From positions 224,001 through 288,000 of the forward strand of contig BK006945.2 in assembly GCA_000146045.2 (NCBI GenBank): a DNA stretch of 64,000 nucleotides. The letters are read 5' to 3'. Below, in pieces: positions 11,037 through 23,200 of the stretch (its first letter is position 1; the number at the start of each line of letters is the position of its first letter). The stretch is from TPA_inf: Saccharomyces (Eukaryota). The notes below the pieces were generated by a model, which was given only the letters and a program-made list of their open reading frames with translations, was not told where the DNA came from and did no database searches. Made by a program: the position numbers and the translations under genes.

Positions 11037-13703
11037 TTACGTCCTGGTTGTCCCTTCCCGCCTTGATTTGGCCTTCATTTTTTCAATTCTGGCCTTTAGG
11101 GTAGATGTCACTGCAGCGGCACGTTTATAACTTTCTTCTGAGGCAAAACTATCGTTGAAATCGATATCCAAATCGTCGGAGACACTGCTCACTCCAGTGC
11201 CGTTTTTTCTGTACGGCCGTATGTTAAGAGAGTTTACGCGGTGCGGCAGGTCGCCGATGGACTCGCTTGATCTTCTTTCATAGTTGACGTCCTCTTTCCT
11301 TCTGACATCTTCCTCCTCCTTAAATGGCAAAGCGGAAGATAAAGATTTTACCCCATAGTTGCTTGACACGGTGGAAGAAGGTATGGAGTATGATGAAATC
11401 GTACCCATCGATTGCAAGTTTGTATCATTTCTTTTCTTATTTCTATCCAATTCGATCTCCATGTTTCTAAGCTCGTTTTCTAGTGACAGTACTCTATCAG
11501 ACAGCTTATTGACATCAATCTCCTTGGATCTTAATTGAATGTTCTTTTCGTTCAATTTAGACTGCGCTTCCTTTAGTTGCTCTCTTAGCATTTCGTTTTC
11601 TTTAATCATTTCGATCTTATAATTTTCTGTATTATTCATCTTTTCCAATAGGCTTTGTCTTTCTTTGGTCCATATCATCTCATCATTTTGTAGTTTTTGC
11701 AGTCTGTACTTGTATTCTTCAATCAACTTTTCATTCTTGTCAGTGCTATTAGCTACTACGTTTTTTGGCGTTGCCAAAGACTTAGACGTCAACAGGACCC
11801 TCGATTTATTGTTAGCAGCTACCATTGATGGTTTTGATGCGGAGGCTACTGACCCTATTGGGTTCACTTTACTTTTGTTATCATTTCTCAGCGGTGAAGA
11901 TGCCACTCTCTTGGAGGGAAGTACAGAACTTTTTTTCAGGAGAAATTTATTCTCCATTGGCCCAGTTTGTTTATTCGTTTCAATAGTGCTATGGGTACTA
12001 CCACTTGCAATACTGAAATTAGGTAGAGTTTTGACCGTTTCTTCAATTTTTTTCCTTTTCAAATTATCCAAGTGCTCTAATGTTTTCACAAAGGTATTCA
12101 TGCCAAATATTTTAATTAGAATGGCGAAACTCTCAAATCCAATAGTTCTTATAGCAGGTTGGGTGTCGTTGACGATCTGAATCACAATTGGTACCACTTC
12201 ATCCTTCAAGTATCTTTGCAGGGTCGAGTATCCATCTTTTTCTTCTTTCATGCTTGCATTAAACAATTGCGTACACTCCATTCTGATTTGAGGTGTCTTG
12301 TGCTTCATATGCTCCAAAATATCTTTCAACATATCTTCATTGCGTCCACTGGAGGCTAATGGATCGTAATACTTGCAGATGGTTAATAATGCCTTCCTAA
12401 TGGCCTCTATCACAGAAGGTTTCTTTTCCTTTGTCCTGTCTAACAAGGGAGTGAAGACTAGTGAAACATAATCCTTGGAAAAGCCTGGTGTTTTTAGTTT
12501 GTCGCAGATTAATTCTACTGATTGAGCGGCTAGTGCAACAGCTTGAATGTTTGCATCTTTCTGGATAATATGGCCATATATCCCCAATAAGTTGGAATAA
12601 TTTTGCGAGGTGCTTTTTAACTTCTTAGTCTGCGATAGAACACTATCCCAAAATTCTTCCAGCGCTTCCACTCTATCTTTCCATTTGGACGACGTTATCC
12701 TTTCCTGGAAGTCCTTAGGCAGTTTATCGAGGATCGTCTCCTCCGGTAGCATACTGAAGGTGTCTATTTGAACTCCACTTTGCTGTTTTGATGGTGGCAT
12801 ATCCGTTTCCATCCCCATCAATGTATCTCCATCCTTATCTATCTGATATTCCCCCTCATCATTCGATAATATGGACTTTCTTTTCCTGGCTTCCTCCTCT
12901 TGGCTTCTTTTCTTTTCCAATTCTCTTTTCTCCCACTCGAATAACATTTTCGATGACGATGGCTCGTCACCAACTTTTGCAAACAATTTATGAAGATCTT
13001 TCACTTGAATTGGTTTTAATTTTTTAAACAGTATCTCCTCTAACAAGTCGCTATTGTTGCCCGTAACCTTATAGATCTCGACAATCAAATTCATCGTTTG
13101 TGATCGAACGTTTCTATCACCATGACCGGCTAGTTGAGGTACGTGCTTTAATAATTCTGGTAGAAACGTTTGAACGTTCACATTAGTGAGCCCGAATGCA
13201 GCCATCAACTCATAAACACAATTGGCTGCCGCAGCAATTAATTTTGGCAGTTTTTTCTCGAAAAAGGGTATTACCAATTCCACCGATTGCGTAATAGATG
13301 TATCAAGACCACATAGTGAGAGTATACAGCTCATCGACTGCGTCTTCGTTGTAGCCCTTGAGGACGTTAAGCCCTTTTCCACAAGCAATGGTGTCCATGT
13401 TGATATTAAAGTAATATTATGTGCATTTTTCAAAGACGATGACGCAAAGGCATCTATTAAACTATTCAAGGCAACAATGGCTTGTTCTTGAGCGACCACA
13501 TTAGAATCAGTTATATATTGTGCAAATAATGTAGGATCCCTCCAGTAAATTTGTATGTTGTCATCCCTACTGATGTCGCCAACGGAGTTTCTAAAAAGCT
13601 GGTTTAACTCCTTATAAGCTTCTAAACGTGCCTTCCATAACTTGTACGTTAATCGCTCTTCTAGGGGTAACGTTGTATAATCTACTTCTTCTTCTCCTGA
13701 CAT
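11037..13703 (-). CDS. STU2: Microtubule polymerase, XMAP215/Dis1 family, TOG domains (YLR045C)
   Basis: The ORF track gives 892 aa. Starting at [37 protein letters not shown] gives 888 aa, the STU2 length. C-terminal coiled coil present. Confidence 0.9.
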
Positions 13704-13843
13704 AGTCAACTTCAAACTCTTTAATAAAAACTCAAAAATACTTTACACTGTAAAGATAGCTGTTTCTTTGTAGTTTAGTAATGCTATTTGGTCCCTAGGT
13801 CTGGTAGGTTCTTCATTTACTCTTCCTATGGAGTGTCAAGCAG

Positions 13844-13875
13844 ACAAAACAAAAACAAAAACAAAAACAAAAACG
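13844..13875. repeat. (CAAAAA)n microsatellite, about 5-6 units
   Basis: acaaaacaaaaacaaaaacaaaaacaaaaacg in the STU2 promoter / YLR046C 3' region. Confidence 0.8.
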
Positions 13876-14000
13876 ACACGAAAAAAAATAGATTCGTTAA
13901 CCATGATAATCTTTGCACCATATAAAGGAAAAGACAAGATTGACTTCTAATGCCCAGCACAAATATTATCCAACTATTTAATTAATAAATTTTTGACTAC

Positions 14001-14972
14001 TTAATCTTCAGACACAGATTCCTTGTCTAATAATTTGTTTAATTGAATATTGACAGATTTATCCTGCAGCTTGAACAAATTTCTTGCGCGAAAGGTTGCT
14101 AGGAAAATCAAAGGTAGTAAAAACATTAGAACTGTATCGAAAACGTAAAGGCACCATTCGTGCTGACCTATATAGCTTTGTAAGCCCATTAGAAATTGTA
14201 CTACTCTGACAATGGTTCTACCATTAACCAGCAATATCCCAGCTAAAAGTATAAAATTGTACTGGAACCATTCATTACTATCCCGCACAATTTTACTAGG
14301 CGTTGCCTTCATTTTATAGTGAAGAAAAAGTTGACTGAACGTTAAAAAGGTATAACAAAATATCTGAATGAAAAGACCCACAATAATTAGGATACGCCCA
14401 GTATTCCTGCTGTTCCATGAGGATAACAACCCACCTCCTACAGCCTGTAGGACACGCCCAATCATATCTGCCACTACGAAAGAAACTGTACTAAATTTCG
14501 CAGGAATTAACATATATGCCTCCATAAGAATTAGACGTGCCATTTTGCTGAACAACATAAAAATACTAAGGGCGTAAAGTGAAGGTGCTATCAATAGAAG
14601 CACCGATTGAGCAATGAAAGTCGAAATCGAGGGGCTATTGATAAAGACTATTTTCAACACATAACCCACGAACTCTAAACAAATCCCTAAAACGAAAGGA
14701 AAATGTGTCCACATCAAACCGCGGGCAGGAAAGTATATTATTGTGGAATTTTCCTCTGACAACTCATTGTTTTCCCAGCGATGAATACGTCTCTTGCTCG
14801 TGTGTGTTGCCATTATGATCTGCACCAAGGCAGAAAGGATTAAAATGCCAAACAGAACGACAAATGCAATCGCTGCACCTTTGTGAGGATTGTATGCATA
14901 AAAACCTTCATAATCAGTGATTGCTTTAGTAAAAAAATTCCTATTGAGGCAGTTGAGTTCTTTTATCGACAA
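14001..14972 (-). CDS. RTA1-like (lipid-translocating exporter family) multi-pass membrane protein (YLR046C)
   Basis: Continuous 323-aa ORF with multiple hydrophobic helices. Family resemblance to RTA1/RSB1. An internal Met (MATHTSKRR) would give 270 aa, which is the length I recall being annotated. The upstream 53 codons include a hydrophobic helix, so the longer form is reported (see finding). Confidence 0.7.
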   Translation of the reverse strand: MSIKELNCLNRNFFTKAITDYEGFYAYNPHKGAAIAFVVLFGILILSALVQIIMATHTSKRRIHRWENNELSEENSTIIYFPARGLMWTHFPFVLGICLEFVGYVLKIVFINSPSISTFIAQSVLLLIAPSLYALSIFMLFSKMARLILMEAYMLIPAKFSTVSFVVADMIGRVLQAVGGGLLSSWNSRNTGRILIIVGLFIQIFCYTFLTFSQLFLHYKMKATPSKIVRDSNEWFQYNFILLAGILLVNGRTIVRVVQFLMGLQSYIGQHEWCLYVFDTVLMFLLPLIFLATFRARNLFKLQDKSVNIQLNKLLDKESVSED

Positions 14973-15346
14973 TAAGTCTCTAGTACAGTAGTGAGAGTGT
15001 CATGTATTCAGTACCAAGAAGAACTTATATGCCTTTTATAATTCATCTTATAAGTTGCTAGACATACAAATAATCAATATGGAAATGTGCTTATTCCCGC
15101 TAATATCCATTAATATCCGCTGTCATTTTTCGCAACTATCACCAAGTGGAGAGAGGCTTGACAACCACCAGAAAAAAACTAAATCAGCCTGCGGAACTTT
15201 TCTCGGAAAAAATCAGTTAGAAAAGATCGTACATAGGGCCCTTTTTTGACAGTAAGATTAAAGAGCAAAACGGGACATTATAGATATGCCACCATCAAAT
15301 ACGTGAATTTTCCAAGCCTCATAAACTAATAGCCAACTTGCAACTC

Positions 15347-17407
15347 TTATAATGCAAAACTTTCTCCGTGAAAGTGTAAACCACCATCTGTCGCCCATCT
15401 TTTGGTGCTTTCAATTAAGCCTCTAGGGCCTGCAGCGAGAACCCATACTTGTGACAAATATTCAGCATGGTCTCTGCCTTGATTCGCCCACCTGCAACAT
15501 TGAATAGAATCCGTCTCTGCATCACATTCGGTTTGCAGACACCATTCATAATCCTTATCTCCAAGTGTAGGCCTGCCAAAGAACACTTTAACACCTGCGG
15601 GAATTCTGATCTTTTTAGGCGCCGCCTCTAAACAAGGATCTTGGGCAGGTGGCTCAATGATCTTTGGTTGTCTGAAAACGCTCGATCCGTTAAACGAAGA
15701 ATGTGTAGTTAGAGTTCCTTGTGCAGTATTTTTCCTTGATTTGGATCTGCTAAAAGCATATGTAAAATCTATCTCGTCATCAGCATTGATGTCAGGTATA
15801 TCACTTGTTTTTGGTGGGTGATGGTTTCTCAAGGTAGATTTCTTACTTAGAAGGGCTGTGTTCTCATTGGGCTCCGTAGGTTGGGGATTTCCATCTGATA
15901 ACATGGAATTATCTCCCAGTTCTGAAACTCGGCCGCTCGAAGAAATACTCCTGACTTCATCATTAATATCAGCAGCGCAGTCATGATAGTCAATATAATC
16001 AATTTCTATGTCCTGTTCGTTGCCTTCGGTGCCACTAATATATATCTCCATACCTTCAAAATTGTTTTTGAAGTGGTTCAATACTTCCAGATCCTTATAA
16101 TCTCTAGAAACCCAAAGGAGCCTAACGTTTACACCGTTGAAGTTTAGAATACGAAGTAGTGGTAAGCCAAAGGAAATTCCTGAACCTCCAACACACATAA
16201 ACACTCTTTGCGCTTTAATTAGAAAATTTAAAGGCGAATTTATTAGTGCAGAAGAATTGTTTCGAAATGGATTCTTGGAAGATTTCGTGGTAATATTAAA
16301 AGGAACAGTAGGTTTAGAAATGAAACTCAACTCAGGTTCAAAAGCCCCTGTAATGTAATACTTTTCATTTGTACGCAATGGAAAATGCCCGTTTCTAATA
16401 ATTAACCTGACCAAATTATCACTTGGAATACTAGCAATAGTAAAAGGATGTTGGAAGGGTATCAAATGGGAGAAAAACCTCCTTAAAAAATTTCTATGGT
16501 AAATGTTGATCCTTAGATGCCCTCCTGGTAGGATGGGCTTTTTGGGTAAATCGGTTAATGGGAACTCCAAAAGAGACAATGATGAAGAAATGGGTACTAT
16601 CGTAACTCTCGTAACATTGGTGATATGGAGCCTATAGACGATTTGTCCCGTTAATATGAGCACATTTAAAGTGGTATAATATGAAATTCCTGGGCGAGCG
16701 TGATAATGTAGAAACACCAAAATAAGCCATGTGCTTACATAGTGAACATAGTAAAAAACTCTGTAGCTCCATCGTCTGGCATATCTCACAGAGGTGATGG
16801 CAATCAGTAGGAAAAGGCCGAGGGCAATAACCCCATAAATGTTGGGTAGTTTTCTCATTTTCACGTATAACGTATCATTAATGTACATGTAATAGAGATA
16901 GAACCACGTGTGTAGAATAGATTCAAGCACAACAATTCTGGAAATCCATTTGTGGAGAGGTAACAATGCTAAGTATAACGTGTGAGGTAACGGTGATGGC
17001 CTCAACGTTAGAAATAGTAAAGGTGGCATCAAAGCAACGGAAATTCTCCCCATTCGCTTAGTAATTTCTAACAGATCTCCGTTAGCGCCTTGTATAACAA
17101 AAAACGAGGTGAAAACAAAGCATATTAAACATAGTTGTAGTGACTGTTTGTGATACATATGTGTTTTGTGAACCCATGATCTTCTGTTGAAAACATGATG
17201 CTTTAAATGGTGACATATTTTGAAGAATTTGTCAGTTAGCAACAAATAATTCATTAAGGGTATAATAACACATATTATAATGAAAGAAATTAAAAGACAT
17301 ATCTGAGAATATTTGCGGACTCTTAAAGTTCTAAAATGCTTGTCCACGTCGACATCAAAACTGGGAAGATGTTCCTTGAACCAGCTAACGATGGACTTTA
17401 AATTCAT
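15347..17407 (-). CDS. FRE8: Ferric/cupric reductase family membrane protein (YLR047C)
   Basis: 686-aa ORF with multiple TM helices, His-containing heme-binding helices and a C-terminal FAD/NADPH-binding region (HPFTIAS..., GGSGISF). Length matches FRE8. Confidence 0.85.
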
Positions 17408-17806
17408 GCTGAAAATAACAATAAATAAAATACAGTAAACTTTTTTAGCGGAACTTCTATTGTAATTTAACGATTTAATCTGAAGAGATGTAGATGTAAT
17501 AAAACTGTTAAAGTGGCAACGTGATAATTAAAAGCTTGGCAAAAATAAGAGATCAACACTAGCTTTTTCTTTTTCCACCTAAATTTGAAGGGAAATAAAA
17601 AAGAAATTGAGGCTGTACAGAGTGTTAATCTTCCATAACGGATACCACCAAACGTTTTTACCCTAAACTTAAATTTTATTACTTATTTTACATGCATAAT
17701 GGCTGCCATGCGTAGTTCATACATGTTATTTGCACCCTTTTTCTTTTTCAATAACAAAAAAGAGCTTGGGCATTACGTTTTCAACACTTTTAATATTTCC
17801 CTTTTT

Positions 17807-17841
17807 ACATCCGTACATATAAAATGTAAACCCATGCATTC
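17807..17841 (+). promoter_or_regulatory. Tandem Rap1-like sites in the RPS0B promoter
   Basis: ACATCCGTACATAT (17807-17820) and AACCCATGCATTCA (17828-17841), about 400 bp upstream of the RPS0B ATG. They match the Rap1 consensus ACACCCRYACAYM typical of RP-gene promoters. Confidence 0.5.
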
Positions 17842-18231
17842 ATGACAATTTTACCTATTTCTTAAAGGCCTTTGTCACTTCTTTATGGGAATGGCGCTAC
17901 TTTAATTTTCCGCCTACTTTGAAAAATTTACCAAGGCGAAATTGAGTGCGCTAGGCGGAAGTTCCAGGGCACGGTCACCGAACCTTTGTGCTGTTTCGAA
18001 CGAGGGTCCCGCTGGAGGTTGACGGACGCGGGAGGAGCTGGAAAGATGGAATGGAAGGACTGCAACACTCAGTAAGAAGGTTCGTGGTAGGGAACATCAC
18101 CTTCTCTAGTTCCTGTAAAAATAATATGATCAAGTTTGAATCCTCGTATTGAAAAATCGCGAGTTATTAAGTGTGTAATTTAGAATACCGAAATAGCACA
18201 AGAAGAGATAAGATAAGATACTGATAGGATA

Positions 18232-19349
18232 ATGTCTTTACCAGCTACTTTTGATTTGACTCCAGAGGATGCCCAACTTTTGTTGGCCGCTAACACCCAT
18301 TTAGGTGCTAGAAACGTTCAAGTATGTACACATATCCCATACGATTATGTTCTATAGATGATAATAGGTCTCGAAAAGAATATGTCCCCGATTTAATCAT
18401 ATTTGGAGGTCAGAGGACCAAAGGTAATTTCAGAGGAATTTTGAACACGCCGGGTTTAGAAGAGTTAGAATTTCACTTCTTAGTGAGGGTAAGGAGAAGA
18501 AACTCAATAAGAATATACATCCTCGACTGTGTCAAAGATTATGAACTCCGATGAAACAGTAAAACGTCAAAAAATTCCACGGGATATAATTCGGTACTTT
18601 ATTGGATATGGAAGAAAACATTATATATGCACAAATGAACGCTCTTACTAACATAATTTATCTTTCCTCTCTTTTTTTAGGTCCACCAAGAACCATACGT
18701 TTTCAATGCTAGACCAGATGGTGTTCACGTTATCAATGTTGGTAAGACCTGGGAAAAGTTGGTTTTGGCTGCTAGAATTATTGCTGCCATTCCAAACCCA
18801 GAAGATGTTGTTGCCATCTCTTCCAGAACCTACGGTCAAAGAGCTGTCTTGAAATTTGCTGCTCACACTGGTGCTACTCCAATCGCCGGTAGATTCACTC
18901 CAGGTTCTTTCACTAATTACATCACCCGTTCTTTCAAGGAACCAAGATTGGTTATTGTTACCGACCCAAGATTAGACGCTCAGGCCATTAAGGAAGCTTC
19001 TTACGTTAACATTCCAGTCATTGCTTTGACTGATTTGGACTCCCCATCTGAATTTGTTGATGTCGCCATCCCATGTAACAACAGAGGTAAGCACTCCATC
19101 GGTTTAATCTGGTACTTGTTGGCTAGAGAAGTTTTGAGACTAAGAGGTGCTTTGGTCGACAGAACTCAACCATGGTCCATCATGCCAGATTTGTACTTCT
19201 ACAGAAACCCAGAAGAAGTTGAGCAAGTTGCTGAAGAAGCTGCTGCCGCTGAAGAAGGTGAAGAAGAAGAAGTTAAGGAAGAAGTCACTGAAGGTCAAGC
19301 TGAAGCTACTGAATGGGCTGAAGAAAATGCAGACAACGTTGAATGGTAA
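18232..19349 (+). CDS. RPS0B: 40S ribosomal protein S0-B, spliced: exon1 18232..18321, exon2 18681..19349 (YLR048W)
   Basis: Exon1 encodes [30 protein letters not shown]. It is followed by GTATGT at 18322, a TACTAAC branch site at about 18645-18651, and a 3' splice site TAG at 18678-18680. Exon2 continues [27 protein letters not shown]... and ends in an acidic tail ...[11 protein letters not shown]. Confidence 0.93.
18322..18680 (+). other. RPS0B intron (359 nt)
   Basis: GTATGT ... TACTAAC ... TAG. The 76-aa ORF at 18324..18554 inside it is spurious. Confidence 0.9.
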
Positions 19350-19885
19350 TCATTTGAAAACCTTGCAATGTGTGTGAATATTGTAAGGAATTGAGAAAGA
19401 GAGATAAAAAAAGAGACAGAAGTATCACTTCCTTTTCTAATTTTTCTTTTTCATTTTTTTTTTAAATTCATCTATCGTTTATCTTTATCTCATATATATT
19501 TGCTTCTCTCTGAAGCGTCATCATCTATCTGTATTTTTAATGCAATCATAGTATAAAAATTTTTAACCAAATTCAAAAATTATAATATTTTAAAAGTTTA
19601 TGCTTTTGTCCTTTTATATTCAAGTCATTTGGCCATTATTACGCTTTTTTTTTTATTAGGTAAGTGGTTTCAATAATTAAATTCTTTAGCGGGAAGGCTG
19701 ACTATCTATAGTATTGAAGATAAGTTAAATTAATGTTTAGTTCTGATATTTCATTTTTATTATTAATTAAATTTGCACTATTCGCCATGACGGGTTCACC
19801 CGAGTATTTATTTTGCTTTCGTTATACATATATATATATATATATTCTTCCAGGAGAAATACCTGCCTTCTCTCTTACCCCTTGC

Positions 19886-21172
19886 TCAATCTAAATCAAT
19901 CCGTGACCTTAAATCTTCTAGCAGAATGACTAAGTCACAATCGATTTTAGAAATTTGAATAACCAGCTCAGAGATATTACTGACAAAAAACTTGTAATGG
20001 CACTGTTTTAGCAAGTTTAAGATAAATGTATCCATTAAGAAAGCATTGATTTTATTCGGACCATAATAGGTAGTCACTATTAGAATATCTAAAAGTTCTA
20101 GACCAATACCATCTAATTTGTGCTTATTCAATGCGTTGGTCATAAAATTTCTTATTACAGGCTTGATGAAATCCATTATCACATTTAATTTCAACTTGTC
20201 CTTTAAATGGTAGTATAAGTTAGGAAAGTCCTGATAGAACTTCCCCTCAGTAACCGTGTAAGAATTCTTGTTGTCCTTATTGTCATCGAAACGACTATTC
20301 AACCAGGTAACGTTTTTCGTCAAATTGATGAAAATAGACCGGGATAGAGTTTCCTGCTCTTCGTTGTTACAACATTTCCTTATTGCTAGATACAATGAGT
20401 TGTTCGCATACTGACTGAAAAATCCGGCTTCGTCTAGTTCGCTATAGTGATATAAACATCTCTTGTATATTGGAAGACGAAAATCGTTCGGTATCCCAAA
20501 CCAATATAAGTTATGCTTACTTATCACCAACAGCAGGTCCGTCTCATCGCCAGATGTATGACAACTTCTCAAATTGCTCCAAAACTTTTCCAATTTTAGT
20601 TCTCTTCGAAATAAGTTTCTATTTTGAAACTTTAAATTTAAGATGTTCCTCTTTGTTTCCGATTTAATGAGGTTTTGTATGGATGGATCAGTATGAGTGC
20701 ACAAGGTTTCATCGTTATTATTGGCAATTAATGATAACGATTCTTTTTCACTATTGATTTTCCTTTTATTTTCCTGAATCAAAGAATCTACACTCAAATT
20801 TTTTTGTGGTCTAATGACTAATGAAGATGATCCTGATGAGTTCCTGTTGTTGTTTGGAGTAAACAAACCATCAGAAAACACAGAAGACGCAGAAGAAGAT
20901 GAAGAAGAGTACATCGTTGATCTGTGATTCGGCGAAGGGGCCACAGGACTCCCCTGAGAGTTTGCTCGAGGAATGGCAAAGTTGTCTATTATGGGGACAG
21001 CATAACTAATGAGATTAGTATCTTTATCTATTGTTGTGTCCAGAATTGTTGTCCAATCTGTGGTCCCGGAATGTAGGGCCTCTTCTTTCAAATCGTTTCT
21101 TGTTATTCTATGCCTGCTATGGAATAGCCGCTGACTGGGTGGTACGTACTCGTGCATGATATTATTAACCAT
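19886..21172 (-). CDS. Uncharacterised protein (YLR049C)
   Basis: Long ORF with no recognisable domain. The track gives 437 aa from ATG 21199. The internal Met (MVNNIMHEYVPP) gives 428 aa, the length I recall for YLR049C. Start choice uncertain. Confidence 0.65.
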   Translation of the reverse strand: MVNNIMHEYVPPSQRLFHSRHRITRNDLKEEALHSGTTDWTTILDTTIDKDTNLISYAVPIIDNFAIPRANSQGSPVAPSPNHRSTMYSSSSSSASSVFSDGLFTPNNNRNSSGSSSLVIRPQKNLSVDSLIQENKRKINSEKESLSLIANNNDETLCTHTDPSIQNLIKSETKRNILNLKFQNRNLFRRELKLEKFWSNLRSCHTSGDETDLLLVISKHNLYWFGIPNDFRLPIYKRCLYHYSELDEAGFFSQYANNSLYLAIRKCCNNEEQETLSRSIFINLTKNVTWLNSRFDDNKDNKNSYTVTEGKFYQDFPNLYYHLKDKLKLNVIMDFIKPVIRNFMTNALNKHKLDGIGLELLDILIVTTYYGPNKINAFLMDTFILNLLKQCHYKFFVSNISELVIQISKIDCDLVILLEDLRSRIDLD

Positions 21173-21586
21173 GAGTTGTAGCTGTTTTGTTATATCCAAA
21201 GAATTTGGCTAACGTATCCTTGTACGCGTGATTTATTTATATATACGTGCAGCACAATATATATATATATATATATGTATGCGTGCGCTTGGTTATGGCT
21301 CAGTAAAGCGAAAGTAACGGAATAAGCGAGGGAAGGGGGATCTAGCGATGAGGGAATGGCAGTAACAGACTGTTCCCTTACAATACACTCTTGCTAAATT
21401 ACATCAAGGATAATATACTATTTTAAAACAAAAACCAGCCATTTCCCTAAGGACGCGAAACTTTTGTGACGCGTTTCAAATAAAAAAGAATACTGCAAAA
21501 CGCAGCACAATAATTAGATAAAACTAGTGGCATATGTCACTAATTAACTATATAGTCACTAATACTGTATATATAGCCGACACAGG

Positions 21587-22072
21587 CTACACAAAACACA
21601 AACGCAAAGGAATTAGGAATGTAGGTAGGTACACCGAGGCTAACTGACACTTCTGGGTCATGGACAAGCTTGTTTTTAGCACATCGTAAGGAATGTAACC
21701 ACGCTTGAAAATAACAACGATACATATCAAGGTAGTTAGAGAGGCATTCCAGCCATAGATACGCAACCACTTTTTCAATCTGCTATTTGTATTAACTTGT
21801 AATTCGCTTGAATTCCAGAATTTATTGACGAAATAGACGAAAAGGGGTAGTTGCAGAACTAGCTCAAGGACTACAAACCAGTATAGCCATTCTGGTTTCT
21901 CTGATAGCAGGAAATCGTGTTGCTTTGCGATGTGATCACTAACAACCTTTTGCGCAATCCCTAGTTGCCATTTAGCGGGAATAACCACTGATGAGTCGAT
22001 GAATATGGTGATGGGAATGTGAACGATGAAGTACCACAAGTAGAATTGTTGCTCACGATGTCCTAGCTTCAT
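21587..22072 (-). CDS. TMEM97/sigma-2-receptor-like small ER membrane protein (YLR050C)
   Basis: Track ORF is 172 aa. Starting at MKLGHREQQFYLWYFIVHIPITIFIDSSV gives 161 aa with 4 predicted TM helices, consistent with YLR050C. Confidence 0.7.
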   Translation of the reverse strand: MKLGHREQQFYLWYFIVHIPITIFIDSSVVIPAKWQLGIAQKVVSDHIAKQHDFLLSEKPEWLYWFVVLELVLQLPLFVYFVNKFWNSSELQVNTNSRLKKWLRIYGWNASLTTLICIVVIFKRGYIPYDVLKTSLSMTQKCQLASVYLPTFLIPLRLCFV

Positions 22073-22323
22073 TATCTCCGGTCGCTTTTCTCTATATGTT
22101 TTCACGTGAGTGGCTCGTTTCTCGTACTTATTTGCTGCGGTTGTTCCTTTTATACCTACTAATTCGTATCCTGTACAAAAGCCGATAATTCTTTACTATG
22201 TTTTCAAAGGTTTTTTTTTTTTAAACGATATGCAAATTATTAATTCTTTTGAATATTTCTATGTAATCTAAACCACTTTACAATATACTATATGGAATAC
22301 GTGGCGAAGAAAATTCCATTATC

Positions 22324-22977
22324 TCACCTCCGCTTCTTTCTCATCTCTTTCATTTTCTTGTAATGTGCCTTCCTACCGCTCGTAGATTTCTCCTGAATTT
22401 CGTTGTATTTACGCTTGAAATACTTATTAGAAGCTTCATCACCCATGAGTGTTTCCAAAATAGTCGACTTTCTTTCCTTCCTGTTCATACGACTACTATA
22501 AAACTCACTCTTGTCTTCAATTATGGTACCAATAGCAAACCTCTCTGGCACCTCCCAACGTTGCTTCTTATAATGTCTCTTTGGATCAAGAGCAGCTCTA
22601 TGTTTAATCAGCAATAAATCTCGTTGAACTTCACGACGCATGTTATCATCTGGCTTTGGTAAGGTAAACCAGTCATTATCGTTTTTGTCGCTCTTGTTGG
22701 GTTTTCTTTTATCTTCTGTCTCCACACTAGGCAAGACGTTCTTCTTCTTCTTCTTGTTTGCTAAAGCATCAAATCCGGTTTCTAACTTAGGAAGCTTCTT
22801 AAGATTAGTTTCGATCTCTTGAAATTTACTTTCAATTTCTACTTCATCATCATTATTGCCTATCTGCAAAACATCCTCTTGTTGAAGAGAAACTTGTTCC
22901 TTCGCTGAATTTTTTACTTCTAGACTGGCACTAGCATCTCTTAGTGCTCCAAATAAGTCTTCCACACTTTGATCCAT
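22324..22977 (-). CDS. FCF2: Nucleolar pre-rRNA processing protein, SSU processome (YLR051C)
   Basis: 217 aa from [21 protein letters not shown]... Lys/Arg-rich, with a C-terminal KKRR tail. The track's upstream ATG would add 7 aa. Confidence 0.8.
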
Positions 22978-23200
22978 GTTTAACAGCTCCTTTCTCACGT
23001 CCTCTTTAATTGGAAAACTTGACGTCTCATCGCATTTTCTATTTCTTTTCTATCTTCTGTTTTAATATGCTGAAAAATTTTTAGGCCGGCACTAACCACG
23101 AATTATGATAAAAGAGAAGGATGTTTAGAGAAAAGGTTTTCGTGTGAAAGGGGGAATTGCGTTGTTAACTGACATAGCTGTCTTCAATGGAATCATAACA

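Noticed and set aside
11665-12180. 171-aa ORF antisense within STU2
   Set aside because: It lies in the coiled-coil-encoding, Lys/Glu-rich part of STU2, where the antisense strand is F/L-rich and stop-poor. Artefact.
17940-18080. GC-rich segment (ttcgaacgagggtcccgctgg..., ggtcaccgaacc) that superficially resembles tRNA B-box/T-loop motifs
   Set aside because: There is no exact GGTTCGANTCC or its complement, no matching T-stem pairing, and no A-box at the right spacing. It is more likely part of the RPS0B/FRE8 divergent promoter.
18324-18554. 76-aa ORF inside the RPS0B intron
   Set aside because: It lies wholly within the intron between GTATGT and the branch point. There is no evidence of coding potential.
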